DNA of 64,000 nucleotides from Candidatus Nealsonbacteria bacterium (GTDB lineage: Bacteria; Patescibacteriota; Minisyncoccia; Minisyncoccales; RBG-13-36-15), in contig DRFQ01000009.1 in NCBI GenBank assembly GCA_011050465.1, positions 334 to 64,333 of the forward strand. Reading direction: 5' to 3'. Below are positions 1-7,847 of this stretch, piece after piece. A model generated the notes under the pieces. That model saw only the letters and a list, made by a program, of their open reading frames with translations. It did no database searches and was not told the origin of the DNA. Positions within the stretch are counted from its first letter, which is position 1. Every line of letters begins with the position of its first letter. The position numbers and the translations under genes were made by a program.

Positions 1-1160
1 ATATTGAGAATATTATTAGAAAAGAAATGAATAGTATCGGCGGGCAAGAAATTCTGATGCCGGTTTTACAACCAAGATTTCTTTGGGAAAAGACCGGCAG
101 ATGGTCAAAGGGGATAGGCAAGATTATGTACAAAACCCTTGATACCTCTGGTCAGGAATTAGCTTTGGGTCCCACTCATGAGGAAATATTAACCAATATA
201 ATTTCAAAACATATAAAGTCTTATACCGATCTTCCTTTGTATGTTTATCAGATTCAGGCCAAATTCAGGAAAGAACTAAGGGCAAAATCAGGTTTATTGA
301 GGTGCCGGGAATTCGGGATGAAAGATTTATACAGCTTCCATACTTCAGAAAAAGATTTTAAAAAATATTATGAAATTGTAAAAAAGTCCTATCTTAAGAT
401 TTTTAAGAGATGTGGGCTTAAGATAATTGTTACTGAAGCCTCGGGGGCTGGCTTTACAAAAGAATATACTCACGAGTTTCAAGTTCTGTCTGAGGACGGA
501 GAAGATAGTGTTATTTACTGTTCAAGACATCATTTCGCCCAAAACAAAGAGATAGCCAAGCTTAAAAAAATAGGTCATTGTCCAGTTTGTAAAAACAGCC
601 TTAAAGAAGGAAAATCTATTGAAGTTGGAAACATTTTCCCTTTAGGGACGAAATATTCCAAAGATTTCAATGCTCATTTTATTGATCAAGATGGCAAGAA
701 AAAATTAATTATTATGGGCTGTTACGGCATAGGATCTACCAGGATCATGGGAGCAATTGCTGAAGTGCATTATGATAACAAAGGAATTATTTGGCCAGAA
801 GAGGTAGCTCCCTTTAAGCTTCATTTAATTCCCGTTGAAGATTCGCCACAAGTTAGAAAAGCAGCTGAAAAGCTATATCGAGATTTATCCTCCTTCGCTC
901 CCAAGAAGATGAGCTACGGAGGATCCACCGAAGCCTCTGGCGTAGGTGGACAAAGACAAAAAATTGAAGTACTGTACGACGATAGGAAAGGAAGAAGAGT
1001 GGGGGAGAAATTTGCAGAAGCCGATTTAATCGGTATTCCTTACAGGATTGTAGTAAGTGAAAGAACGTTGAAGAGAAAAAGCATAGAGATAAAGAAAAGA
1101 GATGAAAAGAAAGTTCAATTGGTTAAGATAAAACAATTATCACAATTCTTAAATGACTAA
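1..1160 (+). CDS. proS: Prolyl-tRNA synthetase, 5-prime end cut by the window edge
   Basis: The frame is open from nt 3 (IENIIRKE before the first Met). Class II motifs are present: GPTHEE, FRKELRAKSGLLRCREFGMKD, and the C-terminal anticodon-binding LYDDR..GEKFAEADLIGIP. There is no INS editing domain. It contains a 63-nt GC-rich insert at 888-950. Confidence 0.9.
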   Translation, partial: IENIIRKEMNSIGGQEILMPVLQPRFLWEKTGRWSKGIGKIMYKTLDTSGQELALGPTHEEILTNIISKHIKSYTDLPLYVYQIQAKFRKELRAKSGLLRCREFGMKDLYSFHTSEKDFKKYYEIVKKSYLKIFKRCGLKIIVTEASGAGFTKEYTHEFQVLSEDGEDSVIYCSRHHFAQNKEIAKLKKIGHCPVCKNSLKEGKSIEVGNIFPLGTKYSKDFNAHFIDQDGKKKLIIMGCYGIGSTRIMGAIAEVHYDNKGIIWPEEVAPFKLHLIPVEDSPQVRKAAEKLYRDLSSFAPKKMSYGGSTEASGVGGQRQKIEVLYDDRKGRRVGEKFAEADLIGIPYRIVVSERTLKRKSIEIKKRDEKKVQLVKIKQLSQFLND

Positions 1161-1283
1161 TAACTAATTTCTAATGACCAATCAAATCCTAATAACTAAT
1201 GACCAATGACTAAAATTTTTAGAAATTATATATTTAAAAATTAGGCATTGATTAGAAATTAGGTTAATTAGAAATTTTCGAGT

Positions 1284-2336
1284 ATGCTTGAAAAATTTAT
1301 CTCCCGTTTCTTAGAAGATATAGCTATTGACCTAGGAACTGCCAATTCGCTGGTTTATGTTCGGGGACGAGGCATTGTTATAACAGAACCTTCAGTAGTA
1401 GCAGTTAATCAAAAAACCGGACAGATTTTAGCTATCGGAAGCGAAGCAAAAAAGATGGTTGGACGAACTCCGGCCCATATTATTGCTACTCGGCCTTTGG
1501 TTAATGGGGTTATTTCTGATTTTGAGGTTACAGAACAAATGTTGAGATATTTTATCGAGAAAGCTCAAAAGAAGAAAATGTTTATTGGTCCTCGACCAAG
1601 AGTAATTATCGGTATTCCTTGCGGAGTAACTGAAGTTGAGAAAAAATCTGTCCAAGACGCAGCTCAAAACGCTGGCGCCAGAAAAGTTTTCTTAATTGAA
1701 CAACCAATGGCAGCGGCTATCGGGGCGAAATTACCGGTCCAGGAAGCTGGAGGAAACTTTATTGTTGATATTGGAGGAGGAACAACCGAGGTGGCGGTAA
1801 TTTCATTGGGAGGAATGGTTCTCTCTAGAAGCTTAAGAATAGCTGGAGATAAACTCAATGAAGATATAATTCAGTTTGCAGAACAAGAGTATAAACTTTT
1901 AATTGGGGAGAGAACGGCAGAGGAAGTTAAAACAGGTATTGGGTCTGCTTATCCTATGAAAGAAAAGAGACAGTTACCATTAAGAGGGAGAAACCTGGTA
2001 ACGGGCTTGCCGGAAGAAATTACTATTTCTGATGAAGCGGTAAGGAGGGCAATGGAAAAATCGATAAGGCAGATTGTCGACAATATTAAAATAACCATCG
2101 AAGAAACTCCACCAGAACTGTTGGCTGATATTATGAAAAAAGGAATATATTTGGCTGGAGGAGGAAGTCTTTTACGGGGATTAGACACTTTAATTACAAA
2201 AGAGACAAAAATGCCAACAGTTATTGTAGATGATCCTTTGACTGCTGTTGTCCGAGGAGCCGGGCAAGTTTTAGAAAACCTTGATGAATTACAAGAAGTG
2301 GTGGTCGAAACCGACTATTCAGAATCACCCCGTTAA
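1284..2336 (+). CDS. mreB: Rod-shape protein MreB (actin-like ATPase)
   Basis: Motifs DLGTANSLVY, DIGGGTTEVAV and YLAGGGSLLRGLD are present. The length is about 350 aa. Confidence 0.93.
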   Translation: MLEKFISRFLEDIAIDLGTANSLVYVRGRGIVITEPSVVAVNQKTGQILAIGSEAKKMVGRTPAHIIATRPLVNGVISDFEVTEQMLRYFIEKAQKKKMFIGPRPRVIIGIPCGVTEVEKKSVQDAAQNAGARKVFLIEQPMAAAIGAKLPVQEAGGNFIVDIGGGTTEVAVISLGGMVLSRSLRIAGDKLNEDIIQFAEQEYKLLIGERTAEEVKTGIGSAYPMKEKRQLPLRGRNLVTGLPEEITISDEAVRRAMEKSIRQIVDNIKITIEETPPELLADIMKKGIYLAGGGSLLRGLDTLITKETKMPTVIVDDPLTAVVRGAGQVLENLDELQEVVVETDYSESPR

Positions 2337-2470
2337 GAAATCCTAAATTCGAAATTCGAAATCCTAAACAATATCAAATAACCAAAATCCAAAACAGTTT
2401 TGAGTTTCGAACATTTGAATTTTGAATTTGTTTAGGATTTAGATATTAGTGCTTAGAATTTTCATTAAAT

Positions 2471-2758
2471 ATGATTTCCAAAAAAGAAGTAGAACATATC
2501 GCCAAACTCGCCAGGCTTGGTTTGACCAAAAGGGAAGTTATTAAATTCCAGAAAGAATTATCGAAGATTTTAGATTACATTATTAAACTAGAAAAAGCAG
2601 ATGTTTCTGGGATTGAGCCAACTTCTTATTCAATTTTACTTGAGAATATAACAAGAGAAGATAAAATAAATCTCCAAAAAGCAGAAACTAAAGAAGGTTT
2701 GATTAAGGCCGTGCCAGAAGAGAAGGAGAGATATGTAAAAGTTAAAAGCATTTTGTAG
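2471..2758 (+). CDS. gatC: Asp/Glu-tRNA amidotransferase subunit C
   Basis: A 95-aa protein with the VEHIAKLARLGLT...ILDYI pattern, immediately upstream of gatA. Confidence 0.85.
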   Translation: MISKKEVEHIAKLARLGLTKREVIKFQKELSKILDYIIKLEKADVSGIEPTSYSILLENITREDKINLQKAETKEGLIKAVPEEKERYVKVKSIL

Positions 2759-2770
2759 ATACTAAATGTT

Positions 2771-4255
2771 ATGGAATTATATGAACTTACTATTACTAAA
2801 GCTCACGAGAAACTTGTCAAGAGAGAGATATCATCTTTTGAACTTACTAAAGCTTTTTTAGAAAGAACAGAGGATTTAAATAAAAAAATTTCTTCATATT
2901 TAACAGTTACTTTCGACTCAGCGCTATCTGAAGCAAAAAAGATTGATGATTTAATTCGTCAGAGGAAAAAAATTAGTATGTTGGCAGGAATTCCTCTGGC
3001 TATTAAGGACAATATTCTAGTCGAGGGCGTGAGATGTACAGCAGCTTCAAAAATTTTAGAGGCCTATATTGCTCCTTACGATGCTACCGTGGTAAAAAGA
3101 ATTAAAGAGCAAGGAGCAGTTATCTTAGGAAAGACTAATTTAGATGAATTTGCCATGGGTTCTTCGACTGAGAATTCGGCTTTTGGGACAACAAAGAATC
3201 CTTATGACTTAATGCGGGTCCCTGGTGGTTCTTCGGGAGGATCAACAGCTGCCGTAGCAGCCAATATGTGTTGTTATGCTTTAGGCTCTGATACAGGAGG
3301 TTCTATCCGTCAGCCAGCTTCTTTTTGCGGGGTAGTTGGTTTAAAGCCTACCTATGGAGCAGTTTCTCGTTATGGCTTAATTGCTATGGCTTCTTCTTTG
3401 GATCAGATAGGGTTAGCAACAAAGACAGTAGAGGATGCTAAAATTGTATTTGAGGCGATTGCAGGGAAAGACCCCCTCGATTCAACATCGGTTGAATTAC
3501 CAAAACTACCCGCCAGAGGCGAGGCTCGCCAGAGGCGGCAAACTACAAACTACAGCCCACAGACTTTAAAGATCGGTGTCCCTAAAGAGTACTTTATTCA
3601 AGGAATGGATCCAGAAGTAGAAAGAATAATCCGGGATTCGATTGAGAAGCTCGAAAGTTTAAAGATAAAAATTGAAGAAATTTCTCTTCCTCACACAGAT
3701 TACGCTTTAGCCAGTTATTATATTATTATGCCGTCTGAAGCTTCAGCAAACTTAGCCAGATACGATGGCATAAAGTACGGACATTCTATAACCAGAGACC
3801 GGAAGGCAGAGGTCAAAAATTTATTAGATGTCTATCTAAGATCGAGAGAAGGAGGTTTTGGAGAGGAGGTGAGACGAAGAATCATGTTGGGCACTTATGT
3901 ATTATCTGCGGGTTATTACGAAGCTTACTATTTGAGAGCGCAGAAAGTCAGGACTTTGATTAAGAAAGATTTTGAAAAAGCCTTTCAAAAAGTAGATTTA
4001 ATTTTAACTCCCGTTTCGCCAACGCCAGCCTTTAAAATCGGAGAAAAAATTACCGACCCTTTAACCATGTATCTTTCAGATGTTTTCACCATTGCGGTCA
4101 ATTTAGCTGGTTTGCCGGCAATATCTATTCCTGTTGGAAAGATAGGAAAGCTCCCGGTTGGTCTTCAGATAATCGGGAAGCCTTTTTCAGAGAATACGAT
4201 TTTAGAATTTGGTCAATTTTTTGAAGAAAACCAAATATTTTTTGAAAAAAATTAA
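2771..4255 (+). CDS. gatA: Asp/Glu-tRNA amidotransferase subunit A
   Basis: Amidase signature GGSSGGSTAAVAA and GSDTGGSIRQPASFCG. A GC-rich in-frame insert lies at about 3509-3560 (PARGEARQRRQTTNYSPQ). Confidence 0.93.
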   Translation: MELYELTITKAHEKLVKREISSFELTKAFLERTEDLNKKISSYLTVTFDSALSEAKKIDDLIRQRKKISMLAGIPLAIKDNILVEGVRCTAASKILEAYIAPYDATVVKRIKEQGAVILGKTNLDEFAMGSSTENSAFGTTKNPYDLMRVPGGSSGGSTAAVAANMCCYALGSDTGGSIRQPASFCGVVGLKPTYGAVSRYGLIAMASSLDQIGLATKTVEDAKIVFEAIAGKDPLDSTSVELPKLPARGEARQRRQTTNYSPQTLKIGVPKEYFIQGMDPEVERIIRDSIEKLESLKIKIEEISLPHTDYALASYYIIMPSEASANLARYDGIKYGHSITRDRKAEVKNLLDVYLRSREGGFGEEVRRRIMLGTYVLSAGYYEAYYLRAQKVRTLIKKDFEKAFQKVDLILTPVSPTPAFKIGEKITDPLTMYLSDVFTIAVNLAGLPAISIPVGKIGKLPVGLQIIGKPFSENTILEFGQFFEENQIFFEKN

Positions 4256-4264
4256 AATCAGAGT

Positions 4265-4759
4265 ATGGAATTTTTCTTATCCCCCAACCCCACAATTATT
4301 TTAGTTTTAAAAATTGTTTTTGGTTCAATCTCTTTGTTTTTAATTATTAGTATTATTTATTTTATCGTTAAAAGTAATTACTTGATAACTGTTTATTTGC
4401 GTGATGTAACCGAAGTGTTGTCTTATAAGCCTTATGGAACGAGAAAAATTGTTAAACAGTGGAATAAGATTAAAAGCAGGTTAGATTTGTCCTCTGAGGC
4501 TGAACATAAATTAGCAGTAATTGAGGCCGATAATCTTTTAAATGAAACCTTGGAAAGAATGGGTTACGATGGAGATACCGTGGGTGAGAAATTAAAACAA
4601 ATTACGTCTATTAGGCTTCCCAATATTGATCAGATTCTAGAGGCTCACAAGATCCGTAATAATATTGTTTATGACCCTGACTATCAACTTTCTTTAGATC
4701 AGGGCCAGAGGGCTTTAGAAATTTACGAAAAAACTCTTCAAGAGCTACAAGTGCTTTGA
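4265..4759 (+). CDS. Hypothetical membrane-anchored protein
   Basis: N-terminal hydrophobic helix (IILVLKIVFGSISLFLIISIIYFIV). No recognisable catalytic motif. Confidence 0.5.
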   Translation: MEFFLSPNPTIILVLKIVFGSISLFLIISIIYFIVKSNYLITVYLRDVTEVLSYKPYGTRKIVKQWNKIKSRLDLSSEAEHKLAVIEADNLLNETLERMGYDGDTVGEKLKQITSIRLPNIDQILEAHKIRNNIVYDPDYQLSLDQGQRALEIYEKTLQELQVL

Positions 4760-4767
4760 GACTTCAT

Positions 4768-4935
4768 CCCCCCACCTATTTTGCCAGTTGACATACTGGA
4801 GACACACGATGGGCGAATAGCCCAGTCCACCGAAGGTGGGCCTCACTATTCATGAGAGTGTGTCGCAGGAATTTAACCTCTATATTTTGTATATTTTGGT
4901 TAAACTTAAGATTGAGTAGTAAAATAGGTGGGGGG
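4768..4935. other. Structured GC-rich element enclosed by a perfect 15-bp inverted repeat (candidate ncRNA or palindromic element)
   Basis: ccccccacctatttt (4768-4782) pairs with aaaataggtgggggg (4921-4935). Inner stems are gacacac/gtgtgtc, tgggc-gaata-gccca and ccacc-gaa-ggtgg. Confidence 0.35.
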
Positions 4936-4965
4936 TTGACCCTCCCGTCTTTTTCGTAATATAAT
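4936..4965 (+). promoter_or_regulatory. Sigma70-like promoter of the tRNA operon
   Basis: TTGACC (4936-4941), an 18-nt spacer, then TATAAT (4960-4965). The first tRNA starts 7 nt downstream. Confidence 0.6.
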
Positions 4966-4971
4966 GAACGA

Positions 4972-5043
4972 CGCGCCGTGGAGAAACGGTTATCTCGCCT
5001 GTCTCATAAGCAGGAGCAGTAGGTTCAACTCCTACCGGCGCAA
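4972..5043 (+). tRNA. tRNA-Met (CAU), initiator-like
   Basis: A cloverleaf was folded by hand, with anticodon loop CTCATAA. C1xA72 mismatch and an A11:U24 pair are bacterial initiator hallmarks, but the three G:C pairs of the anticodon stem are absent. CCA is not encoded. Confidence 0.8.
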
Positions 5044-5095
5044 CAATATTGTAAAGCAAATTTGACCGATAACTATTTTGGTAGAATTGGAATTT

Positions 5096-5168
5096 GCCGG
5101 TGTAGCTCAGTGGTTAGAGCAGGGCCTTCATAAGGCCAAGGTCATAGGTTCAAATCCTGTCACCGGCA
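5096..5168 (+). tRNA. tRNA-Met (CAU), elongator type (Ile2/lysidine type not excluded)
   Basis: Acceptor GCCGGTG/CACCGGC, D arm GCTC-AGTGGTTA-GAGC, anticodon loop TTCATAA, T arm ATAGG-TTCAAAT-CCTGT. Confidence 0.85.
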
Positions 5169-5321
5169 TAACGCCGGGTTCGTCCCGTCATTCGACGAGG
5201 CGTCCAGTCGGATGGCTGGGCGAGTCCCACCCTCGGCATAAAATTCGAATAGACCCGTGGTGTAGCCCGTTCGGATACTACGGAGCAAGCACGTTTTTCT
5301 GTCAATTTCGTACCAAAATTT

Positions 5322-5397
5322 GGGCGCGTGGTGTAGCCTGGTTTAACGCGCTTCCCTGTCACGGAAGAGATCGCCGGTTCAAATCCGGTCGCGCCCG
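5322..5397 (+). tRNA. tRNA-Asp (GUC)
   Basis: Acceptor GGGCGCG/CGCGCCC, anticodon arm CTTCC-CTGTCAC-GGAAG, T arm GCCGG-TTCAAAT-CCGGT, discriminator G. Confidence 0.9.
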
Positions 5398-5434
5398 CAC
5401 TTCGACAAGCTCAGTGCAAGACAAAAATTCATCT

Positions 5435-5443
5435 TGATATAAT
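5435..5443 (+). promoter_or_regulatory. Extended -10 promoter (TGATATAAT) for the sigma factor gene
   Basis: A perfect TGnTATAAT lies about 45 nt upstream of ATG 5490. An SD-like GGGAGTGAGAG precedes the start. Confidence 0.4.
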
Positions 5444-5489
5444 AAAAAAAACGAACGGCAGTACAATACCACAAGAAAGGGAGTGAGAG

Positions 5490-6296
5490 ATGTCGGACAG
5501 CACCTTAACAAATAAGAATGATAGCACTTTGGTACAAGCAGCTGAAATTCCACAGAAACCTAATTTTAAAGAAGTGTATACTCAGTACTACAGGCGTATT
5601 CTACGCTATATACAGGCAAGAACTAATAGCCTTGAGATCGCCGAAGATCTGACAGGAAAAGTATTTCTTAAAGCCCTTGAGAGCTACAGAAGATTTAGAA
5701 TGAAAGAAGGCCCAGAATCGCCCAGATTTTGGCTTTTTCGCATAGCCCACAATATCGTTGTGAGTTGGCAAAGAAAAAACGTTATAAGGTTTATCAGGCT
5801 CGATGAAATTGATCTACATATTCCCGATAATCTCGTCGATATCATTGAGAAGAAAGTTAAACGCACTTGGCTCTTGCAGGCAATAAAGAATTTAATATCC
5901 GGGCAGCAATTAGTAATTGCTTTGATTATTTTCTTCGGTTTCAAACTAAAACAAATCGCTAAGATTTTAGACGTTACAGAGGGTTGTGTAAAAACAAGAA
6001 AGCATAAAGCCATCAAAGTTTTGAGGCTGGCAGTTTCAGCTGATAGACTCGACAATAACGAGAATAATAGAGGAACCCTTTCTATTATTGATGTAATTGA
6101 AGCTGCAAAGCATGTTTTGGACTCTGGGCTGCCGCAAACCTCAGCGCCATTACATCAAGTCTTTTCTCTTGAAGTGGCAAAGATCCTGGAAGAAAGAGGC
6201 TACCGATTTCCGGATATTCTTAAGGTTTTATCATCTTTACCGGAAGATTTTTTCAAAGAAATTATTAAAGAGAATCCATACACGCTGAAAATATAG
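5490..6296 (+). CDS. Sigma-70 family (ECF-like) RNA polymerase sigma factor with a C-terminal extension
   Basis: Region 2-like FWLFRIAHNIVVSWQRK. Region 4 HTH LKQIAKILDVTEGCVKTRKHKAIKVLR. An extra C-terminal tail of about 80 aa. Confidence 0.8.
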   Translation: MSDSTLTNKNDSTLVQAAEIPQKPNFKEVYTQYYRRILRYIQARTNSLEIAEDLTGKVFLKALESYRRFRMKEGPESPRFWLFRIAHNIVVSWQRKNVIRFIRLDEIDLHIPDNLVDIIEKKVKRTWLLQAIKNLISGQQLVIALIIFFGFKLKQIAKILDVTEGCVKTRKHKAIKVLRLAVSADRLDNNENNRGTLSIIDVIEAAKHVLDSGLPQTSAPLHQVFSLEVAKILEERGYRFPDILKVLSSLPEDFFKEIIKENPYTLKI

Positions 6297-6376
6297 AACG
6301 AGATTGTTCAATTTATTTTGTAACTAGCTGAGTTTCAGTTATTAAAATCGTATTCAATAAAAGTAACTGAAAGGTA

Positions 6377-6405
6377 GCTGCCGAGCATAACTTGGCGGCT
6401 TTTTA
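6377..6405 (+). terminator. Intrinsic terminator after the sigma factor gene
   Basis: gctgcc-N11-ggcggc stem followed by TTTTTATTTT. Confidence 0.55.
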
Positions 6406-6458
6406 TTTTATCCGTATCACTTTTTGTTTAGAGCAAATTCCATTACCCTTTCTAAAAT

Positions 6459-6486
6459 ACAAAAAGTGGCGGCAGCGGCCGCCACT
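6459..6486 (-). terminator. Intrinsic terminator of the Xer-like gene
   Basis: The minus strand reads agtggcgg-ccgctg-ccgccact followed by TTTTTG. Confidence 0.55.
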
Positions 6487-6506
6487 TTGACTTCAGTGGC
6501 TTAGTT

Positions 6507-7382
6507 TTAGATTTGAAGTCTTTCCCGGAAACGATCTACAGAGTGTTGGTGAGTATGACCAAGTAATTGCTGGAGTTTCTCAGAAGAAACCCCAAGGGCT
6601 AATTGTCGAGCAGCAAAGTTGTATCTTAAGGCCCGTGGAGTTACTTCATTTTTTAGGTTAGCTGAATGAGCGCATTCTCGGATTATCCACCAGACACCAT
6701 TACGGGTCAGTCTCTCGCCGCGTTGATTAAGAAAAAGGGCCTTTTCTTTGAGTGCTTTTTCGGATCGGCCACTAATCAGTTTTAGCCTTGCTTTCTGTAT
6801 ATATTCAGATAGAGCCAAAACTACCCGGAAAGGAAGAGAAATTTTTCTTATATTTCCCCGGTGGCAGATTTTGATTTCGGGATATTCTGCACCTAAATCA
6901 GCCATTTCTAAGTCTAGCGATACTAATTCCGAAGGCTGTATTCCAGTAGCCAGGAATAGTTCTATCATTGCCGAATCTCTAATTCCTTTTGGAGTAGCAC
7001 GTTTGGCTAAAATTTCCAGAAGTTTTTTTATTTTTTTATCGGTTAAAACCTCAAAAATTGTTTTTGGGCTTTCTCTATAAAAAGCCATTTCTTCCACAAG
7101 ATTCTCTTTTATCAGTTTTTTGGCTTTCAAATACCCAAGGAAAGACCTTAGAGCGGCAAGCCTTCGATTTATTGTTGCGCTAGCTATATTCTGTTCCTTC
7201 AGCCATTCGTTATAATCCCTAATGATTTTTGAGTCCATTGTCTTTACGGTTGGCTGTCCTGGATGATTGGCGCAGAATCTTAGGAACTCACTTAAGTCCC
7301 GTCGATAGCTCAAGAGTGTATTATTAGCTGCTGCTTTTTTTGTTTGCATAAAGACGAGAAATTCCTTGATCAGCGTTTCCAT
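6507..7382 (-). CDS. XerC/XerD-like tyrosine recombinase homologue with degenerate active site
   Basis: N-terminal core-binding pattern (NTLLSYRRDLSEFLRF) and C-terminal LRYNFA and LLGH boxes. The Arg-I context reads ATGIQPSEL (Q where R is expected). No Tyr follows LLGH (THQHSVDRFRERLQI-stop). Confidence 0.75.
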   Translation of the reverse strand: METLIKEFLVFMQTKKAAANNTLLSYRRDLSEFLRFCANHPGQPTVKTMDSKIIRDYNEWLKEQNIASATINRRLAALRSFLGYLKAKKLIKENLVEEMAFYRESPKTIFEVLTDKKIKKLLEILAKRATPKGIRDSAMIELFLATGIQPSELVSLDLEMADLGAEYPEIKICHRGNIRKISLPFRVVLALSEYIQKARLKLISGRSEKALKEKALFLNQRGERLTRNGVWWIIRECAHSANLKNEVTPRALRYNFAARQLALGVSSEKLQQLLGHTHQHSVDRFRERLQI

Positions 7383-7480
7383 TGGATTTCACCTCCTATT
7401 AAGTTGTTCAAGAGCAATTCTTTTCTCAAGTTTATATTGATAGAAAAATCCTAAATTGTCAAATTTTCTAAAAGGGGAGC

Positions 7481-7510
7481 TTGACAGAGGTTCTTGAAAA
7501 AGGATATATA
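7481..7510 (+). promoter_or_regulatory. Sigma70-like promoter of a candidate small RNA
   Basis: TTGACA (7481-7486), a 17-18 nt spacer, then ATATAT/TATATA. Confidence 0.5.
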
Positions 7511-7517
7511 GATATAA

Positions 7518-7708
7518 GGGTGGTCCTCGAGACGTTTCGTCGTCGCACCTCCTGGGAACGCATTTCCCTCTAGCACCCCCTAGGGGCATACGTTCCTTTG
7601 TGGCGAGTCACGAGCTAGTTGCTTTCTTGAGGGTCACCCGACAGCTCTTATCATTTATTGCTCTTTTCGTAGTGTAATGGCCTTTCTCTTGCTGAGAGGT
7701 CATTTTTT
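7518..7708 (+). ncRNA. Candidate stand-alone structured small RNA (about 190 nt), identity unknown
   Basis: Own promoter. A GC-rich body with an 11-bp closing helix, gggtggtcctc (7518-7528) pairing with gagggtcaccc (7629-7639), and inner hairpins (ggaacg/cgttcc). Intrinsic terminator at 7678-7708. The ORF on the opposite strand (7389-7589) looks spurious. Confidence 0.4.
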
Positions 7709-7713
7709 CTTGA

Positions 7714-7741
7714 CCCTTCACCTTTAGCTAAAGGTGAAGGG
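7714..7741. promoter_or_regulatory. Perfect 28-bp palindrome (candidate operator) flanked by two TTGACC boxes
   Basis: cccttcacctttagctaaaggtgaaggg is its own reverse complement. It sits just upstream of the -35 of the pyrE-like promoter. Confidence 0.5.
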
Positions 7742-7770
7742 TTGACCATATCCTTCTAATCTGATAGAAA
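7742..7770 (+). promoter_or_regulatory. Promoter of the pyrE-like/pyrF-like operon
   Basis: TTGACC (7742-7747), a 17-nt spacer, then TGATAGAAA (extended -10 type). Confidence 0.4.
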
Positions 7771-7847
7771 CAAGAACAGGAGGCATTTCTTTAACAATTG
7801 AATAAGGGAAGATAAAGAGGACGCGATCAAGCAAGGAGGTAGACGGA

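Noticed and set aside
5169-5260. A fourth tRNA between tRNA-Met-2 and tRNA-Asp
   Set aside because: An acceptor-like pairing (gccggg/ccctcggc) and three hairpins exist, but the arm sizes and spacers do not fit a cloverleaf on either strand. It is reported as an unexplained element instead.
5078-5437. 119-aa ORF (and antisense ORFs 5150-5362 and 5359-5553) across the tRNA cluster
   Set aside because: It runs straight through two hand-folded tRNA genes and the GC-rich spacer. It has no SD, and its Arg/Gly-rich translation is typical of reading structured RNA.
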